Below the pieces are notes generated by a model. It saw only the letters and a list, made by a program, of their open reading frames with translations, made no database searches and had not been told where the DNA came from. From an uncultured Gammaproteobacteria bacterium (GTDB lineage: Bacteria; Patescibacteriota; Patescibacteriia; Patescibacteriales; UBA12465): a stretch of 57,306 nt of DNA. This document shows positions 57,217 through 57,306 of the stretch, piece by piece. Location of the stretch: the NCBI GenBank assembly GCA_964517555.1, contig CAZFEF010000003.1:1-57306 (forward strand), written 5' to 3'. The first letter of the stretch is position 1. Every line of letters begins with the position of its first letter. The translations under genes were made by a program, and so were the position numbers.

Positions 57217-57306
57217 TAATCAATTGGTCGTGGGTTCGAATCCCACCCCGGGAGCAAGTCAGAACAACCATTGACTAAAAGTATCGTATCAAACGGTGCT
57301 TTTGTC

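Larger units (their letters stand above)
56629..57254 (+). tRNA. tRNA-Asn(GUU) split by a group I intron (exons 56629..56662 and 57217..57254)
   Basis: Acceptor TCCCGGG/CCCGGGA, D-arm GCGC-AGCGGTA-GCGC, anticodon stem GTTGA/TCAAT, variable loop TGGTC, T-arm GTGGG-TTCGAAT-CCCAC, discriminator G. The spliced loop reads CTGTTAA. U1-A72 with G73 fits bacterial tRNA-Asn. Confidence 0.8.

Noticed and set aside
1-57306. Mobile elements, prophage, defence islands, CRISPR arrays and rRNA genes
   Set aside because: I found no transposase, integrase or Cas-like ORFs, no direct-repeat arrays, and no rRNA-like sequence. The only mobile-type element is the group I intron with its HNH ORF.

Overview
This is a densely coded, AT-rich, almost entirely plus-strand core-genome segment. 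It most likely comes from a small-genome bacterium of the Candidate Phyla Radiation / Patescibacteria type. That lineage call is an inference from gene content: no L30 between rpsE and rplO, no adk after secY, an archaeal-type AspRS, and reduced dcw and ComEC genes.

Gene order: a small secreted/membrane ORF; mreB; an envelope glycosylation island (3 GT4, one GT2 plus DUF2304-like, a UDP-glucuronate-decarboxylase-like epimerase, a large polytopic membrane protein, and a secreted S8 subtilase fused to FG-GAP repeats); a reduced dcw block (mraY-ftsW-murG-murC-ABC exporter-murB); infA-rpmJ-rpsM-rpsK-rpsD-rpoA-rplQ; rplM-rpsI; prfB; an acidic orphan; comEC; rpmB; an M50 protease; a YdjM-like hydrolase; a duplicated-repeat membrane protein; an orphan promoter-plus-terminator ncRNA locus; rpsL-rpsG-fusA-(unknown ORF)-tuf; the S10/spc cluster through secY; map; ruvX; recO; aspS; asnS; a membrane protein; scpA-scpB; a D-Ala-D-Ala carboxypeptidase; gtrA; an unknown ORF; dnaG-rpoD; and finally a tRNA gene interrupted by a group I intron that carries an HNH endonuclease ORF.

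The genetic code looks standard: TGA is used as a stop and RF2 is present. I saw no CRISPR array, rRNA gene, transposase or prophage.

Most notable observations:
- An intron-split tRNA-Asn.
- An unassigned ~240-nt ncRNA with a consensus promoter and a terminator.
- An RpoA that lacks the C-terminal domain.
- No Shine-Dalgarno motifs, plus several promoter-to-ATG spacings that suggest leaderless mRNAs.
- Long tails on many ribosomal proteins.
- Unusual inserts in otherwise conserved operons.

All protein calls rest on motifs I recognise in the supplied translations. No database search was run.
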